A program made the translations under genes and the position numbers. DNA of 64,000 nt from Eledone cirrhosa (lineage: Eukaryota): the NCBI GenBank assembly GCA_964016885.1, contig OZ024763.1, positions 16,864,001-16,928,000 of the forward strand, in the 5' to 3' direction. Shown in pieces: positions 41,494-55,742 of the stretch. A model generated the notes under the pieces. It was not told where the DNA came from. It searched no databases and saw nothing but the letters and a program-made list of their open reading frames with translations. The stretch's first letter is position 1. Every line of letters starts with the position of its first letter.

Positions 41494-41643
41494 GCTTTGC
41501 TGCTCATGCTACTACTACTACTACTACTACTGCTACTACTACTACTACTACAGATACTACTACTACTACTACTACTACTACTGCTTTGCTGCTCATGCTA
41601 CTACTACTACTACTACTACTGCTACTACTACTACTGCTACAGA

Positions 41644-41674
<31 letters not shown>

Positions 41675-41705
41675 GCTACTGCTGCTACTGCTACTACTAT
41701 TACTG

Positions 41706-41744
<39 letters not shown>

Positions 41745-42040
41745 ATGCTACTACTACTGCTACTACTACTACTACTACTACTACTATTACTATTACTACT
41801 ACTATTACTACTGCTACTACTACTACTACTACTATTACTGCTGCTACTACTACTACTACTACTACTACTTCTGCTACTACTACTACTGCTACTGCTACTA
41901 CTAATACTGCTGCTGCTACTGTTACTACTACTACTACTACTGTTACTTCTGCTACTACTGCTACTACTACTACTACTGCTGCTGCTACTGTTACTACTAC
42001 TACTGTTACTACTACTACTACTACTACTACTCCTACTACT
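40475..42040. repeat. (CAA/CAC)n and (CTA)n tracts, including a ~90-bp higher-order unit (41177-41650)
   Basis: cagatac(tac)n tgctttgctgctcatgc(tac)n repeated about 5 times. Confidence 0.9.
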
Positions 42041-42054
42041 ACATATACATATAT

Positions 42055-42245
42055 TATCATCACCATCATTTTACATCCGTTCCATACTTCCATGGGTTGG
42101 ACAGGTCCTTCTCAGTGAAGTATCTCTCCTCTTATTGTCGCGTTCCTTTGTCAGCCCCCCCCCCCCCCTATGAGCTTTAGCCATCTGAAATCAGCTCTCA
42201 CCCACTCCATCCAAGTCTTGCTTGGTCTTCCTCCACTGCAGCTAT
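42055..42245 (-). mobile_element. RTE-like LINE 3' fragment
   Basis: rc: GRPSKTWMEWVRADFRWLKL and tail acccatggaagtatggaacggatgtaaaa(tga)n. Confidence 0.6.
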
Positions 42246-42284
42246 CTTCCAGTAGCAATACTAAGATCCCACTTCAGGGTGAAA

Positions 42285-42700
42285 GCAGAGATTGTTTGCT
42301 TACATTGAAGCTTCGACACCTGGCAACTGACTTGGTAAACACCCACAAAATTATTAACCATCTCGTCAACAACAACCCTGAGTACCTTTTTGATTTCCAT
42401 GTGTCTAACACACGTGGGCATGCCCACAAAGTCAGAAATCAGCACAGCTCCCATGACATTCGGAAACATTTTTTCACGCGCAGAGTTGCTGAAGCATGGA
42501 ACAAACTACCTACATCAGTTAGCTGTCGAGACACTGCATCCTTTAAGGCCTCCATGGAACAAACTCCCTGCATCAGTTGTTAGCTGTCGAGACACTGCAT
42601 CCTTTAAAACCTCTATAGAACAAACTCCCTGCATCAGTTGTTAGCTGTCGAGACACTGCTTCCTTTAAAACCTCCATAGAACAAACTACCTGCATCAGTT
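42285..42700 (+). mobile_element. CR1/L2-like LINE C-terminus with ~59-bp tandem repeats of its end (42498-42700)
   Basis: LTLKLRHLATDLVNTHKII...TRGHAHKV...RKHFFTRRVAEAWNKLP. Confidence 0.75.
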
Positions 42701-43472
42701 TTTACCAACCATTCCACATATTACAATGAAGCTCTTGCTCAGAGTGGATTTGTCAATAAGGTAGGATATACTGAGTATGAGTATAGACCAAGGAAAAATA
42801 AATCCCGACGCATTATATGGTATAACCCACCATATAATATGGAGGTGGCCACACCATTAGCTTATTATGAAGCATTTCCCCTCAGTACATAAATGTAATA
42901 ACATTTTTAATAGAAATGCTATTAAAATATCTTACTCTACGACTCCTAACCTTGCACATAACATCACAGCTTCAAATTTAGCTAAACTACCTAGCCATAG
43001 GAACACGTGCAGCCCTGTAGCTACTACTAACTGTAATTGTAGGAATCGGCCTGACTGCCCTCTATCCGGGAAATGCCTCTTTAGTAACATTGTCTACAAA
43101 TGTAAGGTTGAAATACCCACGTCCCGTAGGGCCTACATAGGGTTAACCGCCAATAGATTCAAGCAGCGTCTTTACATGCACACCCATTCTTTTCTAAACC
43201 CTTTAAGAAGGAATATGACGTCACTTTCAGCTTATATCTGGAGTCTAAAAGACAACCACACCCAATATCGGTTACACTGGGATATCCTAGCTAAGGCTAG
43301 ATCGTATAACAGAAATAAAAGACCTTATGATCTTTCCGCCGCTGAAGCCCTGGAAATACTCTACGCCAATGACCAAATCTTAAACAAAAAATCTGAGGCA
43401 ATTTCGGCTTTTAAACACAAATTGCATAAAACTTTCCTGCATTACAGCCCCACTTTATACCCTAACGGATAG
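42701..43472 (+). pseudogene. Penelope-like element linker plus GIY-YIG endonuclease, 5'-truncated and frameshifted
   Basis: YNEALAQSGF..RRIIWYNPPYN (from 42701), frameshift, then KHFP..IFNRNAIKISYS..CNCR..CPLSGKCL..IVYKC..YIGLT..FKQR..H..LSAYIW..LNKKSE (ORF 42867-43472). Confidence 0.85.
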
Positions 43473-44300
43473 CACGTACAATACACGGATAATTTACGTC
43501 TTGATGTGGTAGCTAAGTATATTTTATGTTTATACCATTACTTATTTGTATAGGTAAGTATACCTTATCCGTATGTTTTGTGAAGGTAAGTATACTTTCT
43601 CGTGCGTATATATGCTTGTATTTGTTATTGGTGTATATATTATATTATATATACTGGTATATGTGTATATGGTTATGTGTATATGTGTATTTTATGTTTG
43701 TGTGCGTATGCGTGTTTGCACGTACGTAAGGTGTGTATATGTGTACATTGTGTTTTGGTTGATGTACGTTTGGTGAACATATGTGTATTTACCTGTAGGT
43801 ATGTGTGTGCATGCATTATATACGTATTTATGTGTGTATGTTTATATACGTTTATATAATTATATGTATATATACACACACACATATATACATTTTTTCA
43901 ATGTGTATTTGATGTATACATTCGTATGTGAGCGGGTACAGTTGTCGCGCAGATTTATGTATGTGTGCGCGTGTTTATGTGTACGTGCATGTATATGCAT
44001 GCGTGGCATGTGTTTTGCGTATGCCTGTGTATATATGTGAGTGTGTGTGTGTGTGTGTATGTATATATATATGTGTGTGTGTGTAAAAACATATATGTGC
44101 CTATTAAATATCTATAGGCTCCTGCGAAATATGAGGCCCTACCTAAGTTGTTAGTTTGTTCAGAGAATATGTTTAAATCGTGCAGTGGGTTAAGAGTTTT
44201 CTTCTTTGTTATTTTGTTTTTTTGCTTTCTATTTTCGGGGGTGGAGGGAAATTTTTATTATTACACCCGTTTCGGTGTTGGGTGTAATAAGATATATATA

Positions 44301-44486
44301 TACCCTGGTGCTGAAAACTTCCTGGCTTTGGGTAAAAGAAAATACAGGAGAATCAGTTAATTATGACTTTATTCAACATATTCCTATCTCAGATTCACAC
44401 ACTTATTGCAGCAGTCCTACCTCCCCTGCAAAGGTAACAGCTCTACCCTTTCAATTTACCCTTAAGCCAGGAACTTCTCAGCACCC

Positions 44487-44491
<5 letters not shown>
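44301..44491. mobile_element. mariner-type MITE followed by two tandem partial copies (to ~44950)
   Basis: TIRs TACCCTGGTGCTGAAAACTTCCTGGCTT / AAGCCAGGAACTTCTCAGCACCCAGGTA in a TA context. Confidence 0.75.
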
Positions 44492-44522
<31 letters not shown>

Positions 44523-44679
44523 GAGAGAGAGAGAGAGAGAGAGAGAGCTTCTGTTATAGTTTTAGGATGGGGGCTTAAGAATATAATTCACACACTTATT
44601 GCAGCAGTCCTACCTCCCCTGCAAAGGTAGCAGCTCTACCCTTTCAATATACCCTTAAGCTAGGAACTTTTCGGCACCC

Positions 44680-44732
<53 letters not shown>

Positions 44733-44982
44733 ATAGAGAGAGAGAGAGAGAGAGAGCTTCTGTTATAGTTTTAGGATGGGGGCTTAAGAATATAATTCAC
44801 ACACTTATTGCAGCAGTCCTACCTCCCCTGCAAAGGTAGCAGCTCTACCCTTTCAATATACCCTTAAGCTATGAACTTTTCAGCATCCTGTTGTATGTGT
44901 GTATATATATACCGAGCTTCTGTTACAGTTTTGGGATGTGGTGGGGCTTAAGTATATATATATATATATATGTATATATATG

Positions 44983-45082
<100 letters not shown>

Positions 45083-45143
45083 TCAAGTGATTGCAATACT
45101 CTTAGCAGAGTTTGCAGCCATCACATATATATATATATATACA

Positions 45144-45488
45144 TGGAGGCACATGGCTTAGTGGTTAGAGCATTGGCCTTGCAATCGAAAGGTTGTGAGT
45201 TCTCAGACCGGGTGATGTGTTGTTTCCTTGAGCAAGACACTTTATTTCACATTGCTCCACTTTACTCAGCTGTAGAAATGAGATGATAGGGACTGGGGTC
45301 CCTATCATTCCACTGTAAAGTGGTCGTGGAGGTGCCACGGCAAAAAAGCACCCAGCACTCACTGTAAATGAGGTTGGTGTTAGGAAGGGCATCCAGCTGT
45401 AGAAATCAAGCCAGAATCAGTTCCAGTCCCACCCTTGCAAGCAGGGAAAAGCTGACGTAAAATGATGATGATGATGATGATGATGATG

Positions 45489-45490
<2 letters not shown>
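45144..45490 (+). mobile_element. SINE family B
   Basis: Family match. Confidence 0.85.
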
Positions 45491-45519
<29 letters not shown>

Positions 45520-45619
45520 GAGTTAAACAAGGTTCAATGAATACATCAAAGAATTAATTGAATTAATATATATATATATATATATACACTGTCCATGTGT
45601 TTTATAAAGAAACCATTAT

Positions 45620-45806
45620 TCAGCAATTATCCCAGTACATTACTGGTACTTTATTTTATCAACCCCTTAAGGTTGAAAGGCAAATTTAACCTCGTTCAAA
45701 TCCCTTCAAGTATAAATTTGCCTTGCATCCTTACGGGGGTTGATAAAATAAAGTACCAGTAATGTACTGGTAATTGCTGGCCTTGTGCCTAAAGTAGAAA
45801 CAATTA
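45620..45806. mobile_element. SINE A 3' halves in inverted (fold-back) arrangement
   Basis: Minus and plus tails joined at ~45695. Confidence 0.7.
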
Positions 45807-45821
45807 CTATATATATATATA

Positions 45822-46605
45822 TAAAATGTACACAGTGCAGATCTTTGGTACACAAGAGGTGTAGTGGGATAGCAGGCAAGCTAACAGGTAGGGAAAACTA
45901 TGTATGCAGTAGATGTACAGGGAAATTTGACAGTATTAGTTGCAGTGATAGACACATTTTTCAAATGCAGGCAGGACCTATAGAGGTGGTTGATAGCTTC
46001 CGATACCTGGGTGATCAGATTAGTAAGGGAGGAGGGTGCTCCGAGGCCATAGTATCTAGAATAAGGACGGGTTGGAAGAAGTTTAGGGAGCTGCGTCCTC
46101 TGTTGACAAAGAAGGGTTTCTCCCTACGAACGAAAGGCTGATTATATGATGCCTGTGTGAGATGCGCAATGCTGCATGGTAGTGAGACATGGGCAGCAAC
46201 TGTGAAAGATATGCGACGGCTGGAGAGAAATGAAGCAAGCATGCTCCGTTGGATGTGCAATGTCAATGTGTGAGAACGACCAAGCATAGACGAGTTGAGA
46301 GAGAAACTGTGTATAAGAGGGATAAACTGTAGTGTGCGGGAGAGAAAACTGCGTTGGTTTGGACACGTGATGCGCATGGAGGATGACTGCTGGGTAAAGA
46401 AATGCCAAGAAATCCCAGTAGAAGGAAGACGCAGTAGAAGTAGACCGCGAAAAACATGGGCGGAGGTGGTATGAGCAGACCTCAGATTTCTGAAGCTCAA
46501 GGAGGAGATGACGAAGGACCGTGACGAATGGAGAGATGCCGTTCTTAATAAGACCCATCCCACCCTTGCAAGCAGAGAAAAGCAGATGTAAAATGATGAT
46601 GATGT
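45822..46605 (+). pseudogene. RTE LINE 3' portion, decayed
   Basis: CTQC..VHKRCSGI..C..C, FRYLGDQI, KG*LYDACVRCAMLHGSETW, LRWFGHVMRM, RPRKTW, (tga)n tail; in-frame stops. Confidence 0.9.
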
Positions 46606-46966
46606 AGGTGATTCAGTGAATTACTGGTGGTGGTATAAAAAATCTAATACATGTAAACGAAACTCCCTTGTTTTTCTCTAATATATATATATGAAGTAAT
46701 TCCGTCGGAAAAGTCCAGGAAAGAAGAGTGCTCTATGTAGGTTACAGAGCTTATTAGTTATGTAATAAACAACATAAGATAATTATTTCATTTACCAGTG
46801 GTTTCTTGAAAGCAAACAAATCTGCTTTCAGTCGTCAGAATGAAAAAATCCTGGTGTTTTTATTGAATGTGGATTTGAAAACAAAAATATAAGAAATATG
46901 AAATTGAGGCTGAGGGAAAAGAAAAAAAGATTATAAATATATAAGTATATAAACACACACACACAT

Positions 46967-47019
<53 letters not shown>

Positions 47020-47022
<3 letters not shown>

Positions 47023-47162
47023 CGAAGGAAATGTGGTAAGGAACCAGGTGGACCATAACGCACCAAAGTACTCAATACTTAGGGTAGTAGAGTGGGTAAT
47101 AGGAACGAGTAGGACCCCGACGGCTGAGCTCAAGCCGTTTCGACGGCTAATTCTGGACTCAT
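47020..47162 (-). mobile_element. Family C module (longest copy)
   Basis: rc begins ATGAGTCC...GAAACGGCT-tgagctc-AGCCGTC-ggggtc; in (TA)n. Confidence 0.7.
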
Positions 47163-47210
47163 ATATATATATACATACACATACACATATATATATATAT
47201 ATATATATTT

Positions 47211-47555
47211 AGGCACATGGCTTAGTGGTTAGAGCATTGGCCTTGCAATCGAAAGGTTGTGAGTTCAATTCTCAGACTGGGTGATGTGTTGTTTCCTTGA
47301 GCAAGACACTTTATTTCACATTGCTCCAGTTTTCTCAGCTGTAGAAATGAGATGATAGGGACTGGGGTCCCTATCATTCCACTGCAAAGTGGTCGTGGAG
47401 GTGCCACGGCAAAAAAGCACCCAGCACTCACTGTAAATGAGGTTGGTGTTAGGAAGGGCATCCAGCTGTAGAAATCAAGCCAGAATCAGTTCCCGTCCCA
47501 CCCTTGCAAGCAGGGAAAAGCGGACGTAAAATGAAATGATGATGATGATGATGAC
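47211..47555 (+). mobile_element. SINE family B
   Basis: Family match. Confidence 0.85.
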
Positions 47556-47709
47556 GTTAGGTATAGCCCTAACACAATGCAATGTAGAAACTTAGTTAAA
47601 CAGAAATATTGTGTGTAGTGTGCAGTGTATACAGAGTGTGTAATGTGTGTGTGTGATAAGTTTAAAGTTTAGTTTTAAACTTGGTTTGTCTGTAAACTTC
47701 TGCTTTTAG

Positions 47710-47819
47710 AATATGATGACGAGGGAGGGGATACCATCCAGCCCTACCCCAGACACATATGCAACCCTCCACGCACCAACTATACCCCTCGTTGTTGGAC
47801 AAATAAGGCGTATAAGGAA
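47710..47819 (+). other. Candidate internal exon (unassigned)
   Basis: ttctgcttttag acceptor, open frame (E)YDDEGGDTIQPYPRHICNPPRTNYTPRCWTNKAYKE, gtaaat donor; non-repetitive; no homology recognised. Confidence 0.3.
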
Positions 47820-48109
47820 GTAAATTTAATATTCCTTACGGCAAGCCGCCGAGCCAGAGGTGGGCGGTGGTGGCTGCTGAGTCTATTTTTATTTATTTAT
47901 TTATAGCTATTTTTTGTTTGTTTCTTTGTTTGTTTTGTTTTTGCTACACGTGAAATTTTTATTTTTTTATTTATTCTTTATTCCACTTTACAACAACGCT
48001 GCATTTTATACTAAGGCTGCCATTGAGTTTCAAGGTATGCACATTATATCATAGCGGACCCCCTACCCTCCCCCATCCTAGGGTGGAGATGGTGGGGGGG
48101 GGGGGGGGT

Positions 48110-50800
48110 TCTGTCTTCTTATTTCTTGCTTTCTTCTTCATCTTGTTGTTGTTGTTGTTCTTCTTCTTTGCCTTCTTTTTCTTCTTCTTCTTTGCCTTCT
48201 TCTTCTTTGCCTTCTTCTTCTTCTTTGCCTTCTTCTTCTTCTTTGCCTTCTTCTTCTTCTTTGCCTTCTTCTTCTTTGCCTTCTTCTTCTTCTTCTTCTT
48301 CTTCTTCTTTGCCTTCTTCTTCTTTGCCTTCTTCTTCTTCTTCTTCTTCTTCTTCTTTGCCTTCTTCTTCTTCTTCTTCTTCTTTGCCTTCTTCTTCTTT
48401 GCCTTCTTCTTCTTCTTTGCCTTCTTCTTCTTCTTTGCCTTCTTCTTCTTTGCCTTCTTCTTCTTCTTCTTCTTCTTCTTCTTTGCCTTCTCTTCTCAGT
48501 TTTAAAAAATTTTTGCCAACCAGGATCTAGCACCACCAACACCACCATCTCCACCACCTCCACCACCACTGCCACCTCCACCATCTCCTCCACCACCACC
48601 ACCATCTCCTCCACCACCACCACCATCTCCTCCACCACTTCCACCACCACCATCTCCTCCACCACCACCACCATCTCCATTCACCACCACCACCATCTCC
48701 ACCACCATCTCCACCACCACCACCACAACCACCACCCACCACCACCACAACCAACACCTCCACCACCACCAACACCACCACCATCTCCACCACCTCCACC
48801 ACCCACCACCACCACAACCAACACCACCACATCTAGATAAACAAAATTTAATCTGCAGTGTGCAGGGGTGGGTGTGTGCCCCTCCCTTTCTACTCCTCCC
48901 TGTAGGAACCCCTCCCCACCTCCATCTTATCTAGATAAATGAAATCTGATCTATAGCATGAAGGTGGAAAGTGTCTCTCTCTCTGTAAAAAACTACCACC
49001 TCAACCATCACCACTACCACCACCACCACCACCTCAACCACCAGCACCACCACCTCAACCATCACCACTATCACCAGCACCACCACCTCAACCATCACCA
49101 CAACCACCAGCACCACCACCTCAACCATCACCACAACCACCAGCACCACCACCTCAACCATCACCACAACCACCAGCACCACCACCTCAACCATCACCAC
49201 AACCACCAGCACCACCACCTCAACCATCACCACTATCACCAGCACCACCACCTCAACCATCACCAGCACCACCACCTCAACCATCACCACAACCACCAGC
49301 ACCACCACCTCAACCATCACCACTATCACCAGCACCACCACCTCAACCATCACCACAACCACCAGCACCACCACCTCAACCATCACCACTATCACCAGCA
49401 CCACCACCTCAACCATCACCACTACCACCAGCACCACCACCTCAACCATCACCACAACCACCAGCACCACCACCTCAACCATCACCACTATCACCAGCAC
49501 CACCACCTCAACCATCACCACAACCACCAGCACCACCACCACCCCAACCATCACTACTACCACCACCACCAGCATCACAACCATTGCCACTACCACCAGC
49601 ACCACCACCTCAACCATCACCACTACCACCACCACCACCAGCATCACAACCATTGCCACTACCACCAGCACCACCACCTCAACCATCACCACCACCACCA
49701 GCATCACAACCATCACCACAACCACTACCACCAGCACCATCACCTCAACCATCACCACTACCACCAGCACCACCACCTCAACCATCACCAAAACCACCAC
49801 CACCACCACCACAACCACAACCACCACCACCACCAACACCACCACAACCACCAACACCACCACAACCCCCACCACCACAACCACCACAACCACCACCAGC
49901 ACCAAAACCACCACAACAACCACAACCACCACCACTACCACCACAACCACCACCACCACCACAACCACCACCACCACCACAACCACCACTACCACCTACA
50001 CCACCACAACCACAACCACCACCACTACCACCACATCCACCACCACTACCACCACAACCACCACCACCACCACAACCACCACAACCACCACAACCACCAC
50101 CACCACCACAACCACCACCACCACCACAACCACCACAACCACCACCACCACCACAACCACCACCACCACCACCACAACCACAACCACCACCACTACCACC
50201 ACAACCACCACCACCACCACAACCACCACCACCACCACAACCACCACTACCCCCTCCCACACCCCCACCACCACCACCTCAACCACCGCCAACCCCCCCA
50301 CAGGCATATATATGCAAAGCTATGCTTATCTGTCACCTCCTCCCCCCTCCCTCATCTTTAAAGCCACACCCTGACAATCTAGCACCCACACCCACACCCA
50401 CACCCCCCTTCCTGACCCTTTAAGGCAAGGCATGAAGGTGACAACATCACAATAACCCCCCACCCCTCCTCCCTCTTCCTTTCTGTTTGGTTTATCAATG
50501 AAGTTGAGGGCAGGAGCGGTGGGGTAGATTTCACCCCTTTAAATACCTGGAATAAAAAGCAATTCCCTAACAACAACAACAGCAGCTTCTACTACCACCA
50601 CCACCACCACTACCACCACTGCTACTGGTACTACTACTTCAGCATCATCAACTAGCACTACTACTACTACTACTACTACTACTACAATAACAACAACAAC
50701 AGCAGCATCATCTACCACCACCACCATCACCTACAACAAGAACAACACCACCACCACCACCACCTACAACACCACCACCACCACCACCACGTACTACAAC
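48110..50800. repeat. (CTT)n/GCC tract and (CAC/CAA)n tracts, including a 30-bp unit (48990-49790)
   Basis: Direct inspection. Confidence 0.9.
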
Positions 50801-50967
50801 AACATCAATCAATGTAAGAAACCCATTAACATCTCTTCCATTAAATTATTAATTAAAAGTGTTTTTTTTTTAAATAAAAAACCTGGTGATTTTTTGTTCA
50901 CTCTAACATCCTTCCCTGAGACGGTTGTTGTTACGTCTGTGTTCTTGGGTGCAGCAACCACGTAATG

Positions 50968-51915
50968 ATTTCTACTATAGGCACAAGGCCAGCAATAACT
51001 CCCCCAGTGCATTACTGGTACTTTATTTTAGCGACCCTGTAAGGATTAATAACCCTTTAGTGTTCAAACCGGTCAAAACCGGTCAGAATTCTCTACCTCT
51101 TTCTGTTGAAACCGGCTGTAACTGGTCACTCAAACTGATGTTAAGGTATTGTTCTCAAAATAAATATCAAAATCTCATAGATTCGATATTATGTGAGGTA
51201 AAGCCTTTACCGTGAAAATATAATAGTATATATAGAGTAATTGTTTCTACTTTTGGCACAAGGCCAGCAATTACCCAGTGCATCACTGGTACTTTATTTT
51301 ATCGACCCCGTAAGGATGAAAGGCAAAGTTTATAAAATAATTGTTTCTACTTTTGGCACAAGGCCAGCAATTACCCAGTACATTACTGGTACTTTATTTT
51401 ATCGACCTCGTAAGGATGAAAGGCAAAGTTAACCTCGGCGGGATTTGAACTCAGATCGTAAAGGGACGTAACTCTATGCTGCAAAGCATGGTGTCCGACC
51501 ATCTACTGATACTGCCAATCCACCGCAAAGTTTATAAAATAATGTGAATGGTAAAGGGTTAAAGGCAAAGTTTACTTCAGCGCGATTTGAACTCAGAATG
51601 GAAAGGGCCGTAACTCTATGCGTCAAAGCAAGGCGTTCGACACTCTACCGATACTGCCAATCCACAATAATAATAATTGTTTCTACTTTTGGCACAAGGC
51701 CAGTAATTATCCCAGTGCATTACTGGTACTTTATTTTATCACCCTTATAATAATTGTTTCTACTTTAGGCACAAGGCCAGCAATTACCCCAGTGCATTAC
51801 TGGTACTTTATTTTATCGACCCCGTAAGGATGAAAGGCAAAGTTTAACCTCGGCGGGATTTGAACTCAGATCGTAAAGGGACGTAACCCTATGCTGGAAA
51901 GCCTGGCGTCCGACT
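50968..51915 (-). mobile_element. Pile-up of SINE A copies/tails with a MITE D (51050-51562)
   Basis: At least 6 SINE A segments, all minus; MITE TIRs taaccctttag...taaagggttaa. Confidence 0.8.
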
Positions 51916-52532
51916 TTAGTAATAATAAACATTACTAAAACCCCAACAATTTAGGACATTTTTCAAGGCCGTATTCCTTGTAAAATAGACTTATAAGATA
52001 AACATAAACTTCGCTTTCATAATTCTAACCAATGCTTTCAACTGACTATCCTTAAAATATATTTGGGATAGTCACGTTGCCAGTTTTGCCAACACACAAC
52101 ACAGATATGATTTTTACTTTATCTTAACTCTTTACCATTTACATTATTCTATATTTACTATTATATTTTCACAGTCAACACTTTATCTATATATTACTAA
52201 AAGTCTGTGATTGCTTGCTTGCTTGCTTGTCTGTAATGTAATACAGCGAAAAGGGTGCATAATGGGGAAATACTTTGAAAGGAAGTTGCCCCTGAAATGG
52301 GAGTTCAAATGGAATAAAACAAGTTTCATGTAAATCGGAGCATGGGTTCCCGAGATATGGGGTTTTTCCAGGTACCTTTATAAAAAGAGAGAGAGAGAGA
52401 GAGCGGGGGGAGAAGGATAGAGAAAGAGAGAGAGTGGTTGTGAGAGAGTAGATTGAAAGAGAGACATAGAGTGAGGGGGAGGAGAAGGAGAATGGAAGAG
52501 AGAGGGAGTTGATGGTGTTGTGTATATATGTA

Positions 52533-52570
<38 letters not shown>

Positions 52571-52580
52571 AATTTGTGTG

Positions 52581-52647
<67 letters not shown>

Positions 52648-52729
52648 ATATATATATATATGTGTGTGTGAGTGTGTGTGTATGACCAGTTTATCGATCA
52701 CAGACACCCATATATATATACACACACAT

Positions 52730-52960
52730 ACATATATATACATATGTGTATACAAACACACACATTTATATATATACACACACACATACATACATATATA
52801 TATATACATATGTGTATACAAACACACACATTTATATATATACATACACACATACATATATATATACATGTGTATACAAACGCACACATTTATATATATA
52901 CACACACATATATATATGTGTATACAAACACACATTTATATATATACACACACACACATT

Positions 52961-53010
<50 letters not shown>

Positions 53011-53599
53011 CATATGTGTATACAAAGACACACATTTATATATATACACACACACATATATATATATGTGTGTATACAAACACATTTATATATATATATA
53101 CACACACACATACATATATATACATATGTGTATACAAACACACACATTTATATATATACACATACACATACATACATATATACATATGTGTATACAAACA
53201 CACACATTTATATATATAGACACACACATACATATATATATATATACATATGTGTATACAAATACACACATTTATATATATACACACACACATACATATA
53301 TATATATGTGTATACAAACACACACATTTATATATATACACATACATATATATATACATATGTGTATACAAACACACACATTTATATATATATACACACA
53401 TACATATATATATATGTGTATACAAACACACACATTTATATATATACACACACACATACATATATATACATATGTGTATACAAACACATACATTTATATA
53501 TATACATACACACATACATGTATATACATATGTGTATACAAACACACACGTACATATATATATATACATATGTGTATACAAACACACATTTATATATAT

Positions 53600-53632
<33 letters not shown>

Positions 53633-53887
53633 CATATGTGTATACAAACACACACATATATATACATACACACACGTACATATATATATACATATGTGTA
53701 TACAAACACACATTTATATATATACACACACATATATATATATACATATGTGTATACAAACACACACATTTATATATATACACACACACATATATATATA
53801 TGTGTATACAAACACACACATTTATATATATACACACACACATGTATATATATATATGTGTATACAAACACACACATTTATATATAT

Positions 53888-53921
<34 letters not shown>

Positions 53922-53998
53922 GTGTATACAAACACACACATTTATATATATACACACACACATGTATATATATATATGTGTATACAAACACACACATT

Positions 53999-54048
<50 letters not shown>

Positions 54049-54185
54049 CATGTGTATACGAACACATATATATACATATGTGTATACAAACACACATTTA
54101 TATATATACACACACACATACATGTATATACAAACACACATTTATATATATATATACATACACACACATTTATATATATATATAC
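52730..54185. repeat. ~55-60-bp minisatellite (catatgtgtatacaaacacacacatttatatatata...)
   Basis: About 25 units with variable dinucleotide runs. Confidence 0.9.
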
Positions 54186-54377
54186 ATACACTATATATAT
54201 GGGCCTTCCAGTTTCATTTCCCATTATATACATGTCTGTATATTTTAATTATCTAAAAATTATTTTTAAGTGAACATGATTTTTAAAAAATATTTTGAAG
54301 TGTATGTGACCCAACAGATCACGGGTGGTCTAGTTTTACATAATTATCTCACATAATATCGATTCTACGAAATTTTG

Positions 54378-55200
54378 ATCATCATCATCATCATTTTATG
54401 TCCGCTTTTCCCTGCTTGCAAGGGTAGGACGGGTCCTATTCAGCACAGCATTTATCTCTCTACTTGTCATGGTCCTTCGTCATCTCCACCGTGAGCTTCA
54501 GCGATCTGAGGTCTGCTCTCACCACCTCCACCCATGTTTTTCGTGGTCTACCTCTACCACGTCTTCCATTCTACTGGGATTTCTTGGCACTTCTTTACCC
54601 AGCGGTCATCCTCCATGCGCGTCACATGTCCAAACCAACGCAGTCTTCTCTCCCGCAGTATTACATGTATTAGATTTTTTATACCACCACCACCAGTAAT
54701 TCACTGAATCACCTACATCATCATCATCATCATCATTTTATGTCAGCTTTTCCTTGCTTCCAAGGGTGGGAAGGGTTCTATCCAGCACATCATATCTCCA
54801 CTTGTCACGGTCCTTCGTCATCTCCTCCGTGAGCTTCAGCAATCTGAGGTCAGCTCTCACCACCTCCGCCCATATTTTTTACGTGGTCTTCCGCTACTGC
54901 GTCTTCCTTCTAATGGGATTTCTTGGCACTTCTTTACCCAGCGGTCATCCTCCATGCGCATCACAAGTCCATACTATCGCAGTCTTCTCTCCTGCACACT
55001 ACAACTTATCCCTCTTATACCCAGTTTCTCTCTCAACACATCCATGCTTGGATGTTCACGCATATTGACATTGCACATCCAATGGAACATGCTTGCTTCA
55101 TTTCTCTCCAGCCGTCGCATATCCTCTGCAGTTGCTGCCCACCTCTCACTACCATGCAGCATCGTGTATCTCACACCGGCATCATATAACCGGCCTTTCG
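54378..55200 (-). pseudogene. Two RTE LINE 3' fragments (54378-54658 and 54718-55200)
   Basis: Reverse-complement homology to 46130-46605; MLHGSERWAATAEDMRRLERNEASM. Confidence 0.85.
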
Positions 55201-55742
55201 TATATTTTGAGAAGAATACTTTAACTTAAGTATGAGCAGCCACTTACAGCCGGTTTGAACAGAAAGAGGTGAGAGAATTCTGGCTGGATATGGCCGGTTT
55301 AAATGCTAAAGGTTAATCTTTATTTATAAACCTAAATATATTCATGAATGAATAATAATAATACTATAATTGTTTCTACTTTTGGCACAAGGCCAGCAAT
55401 TACGCAGATTTGAACTCAGAATGGAAAGGGCCGTAACTCTATGCGTCAAAGCATGGTGTCCGACTCTCTACCGATTACTAATAATAAAAGTGAAGAGGGC
55501 TCGATAAGGATTATATATATATATATATAATATATATTATAAACCTGTTGAGCAAATATTTATTATAAGAACAGATTAAAGTTTAAGCAAAGAATCGCTG
55601 CTTTCACCCTTAACGGGATCTTCAATATATCTATATGAATGTATGTTTAGAAACAGCATTTCAGTGGGTTTATACACCCTGATATTGTTAGACTATTTTG
55701 TTTAGTCAAAGTTATGGCAAAAGAATTTCTCAATATCTCAAT

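Noticed and set aside
48958-50423. Poly-His and poly-Pro ORFs
   Set aside because: Trinucleotide (CAC/CAA) repeats open in multiple frames.
52185-52375. Helitron/Helentron end (tctatatattactaaaag...; also actag..acccgtcgttgc at ~3470)
   Set aside because: Resemblance only; no matching opposite terminus could be identified.
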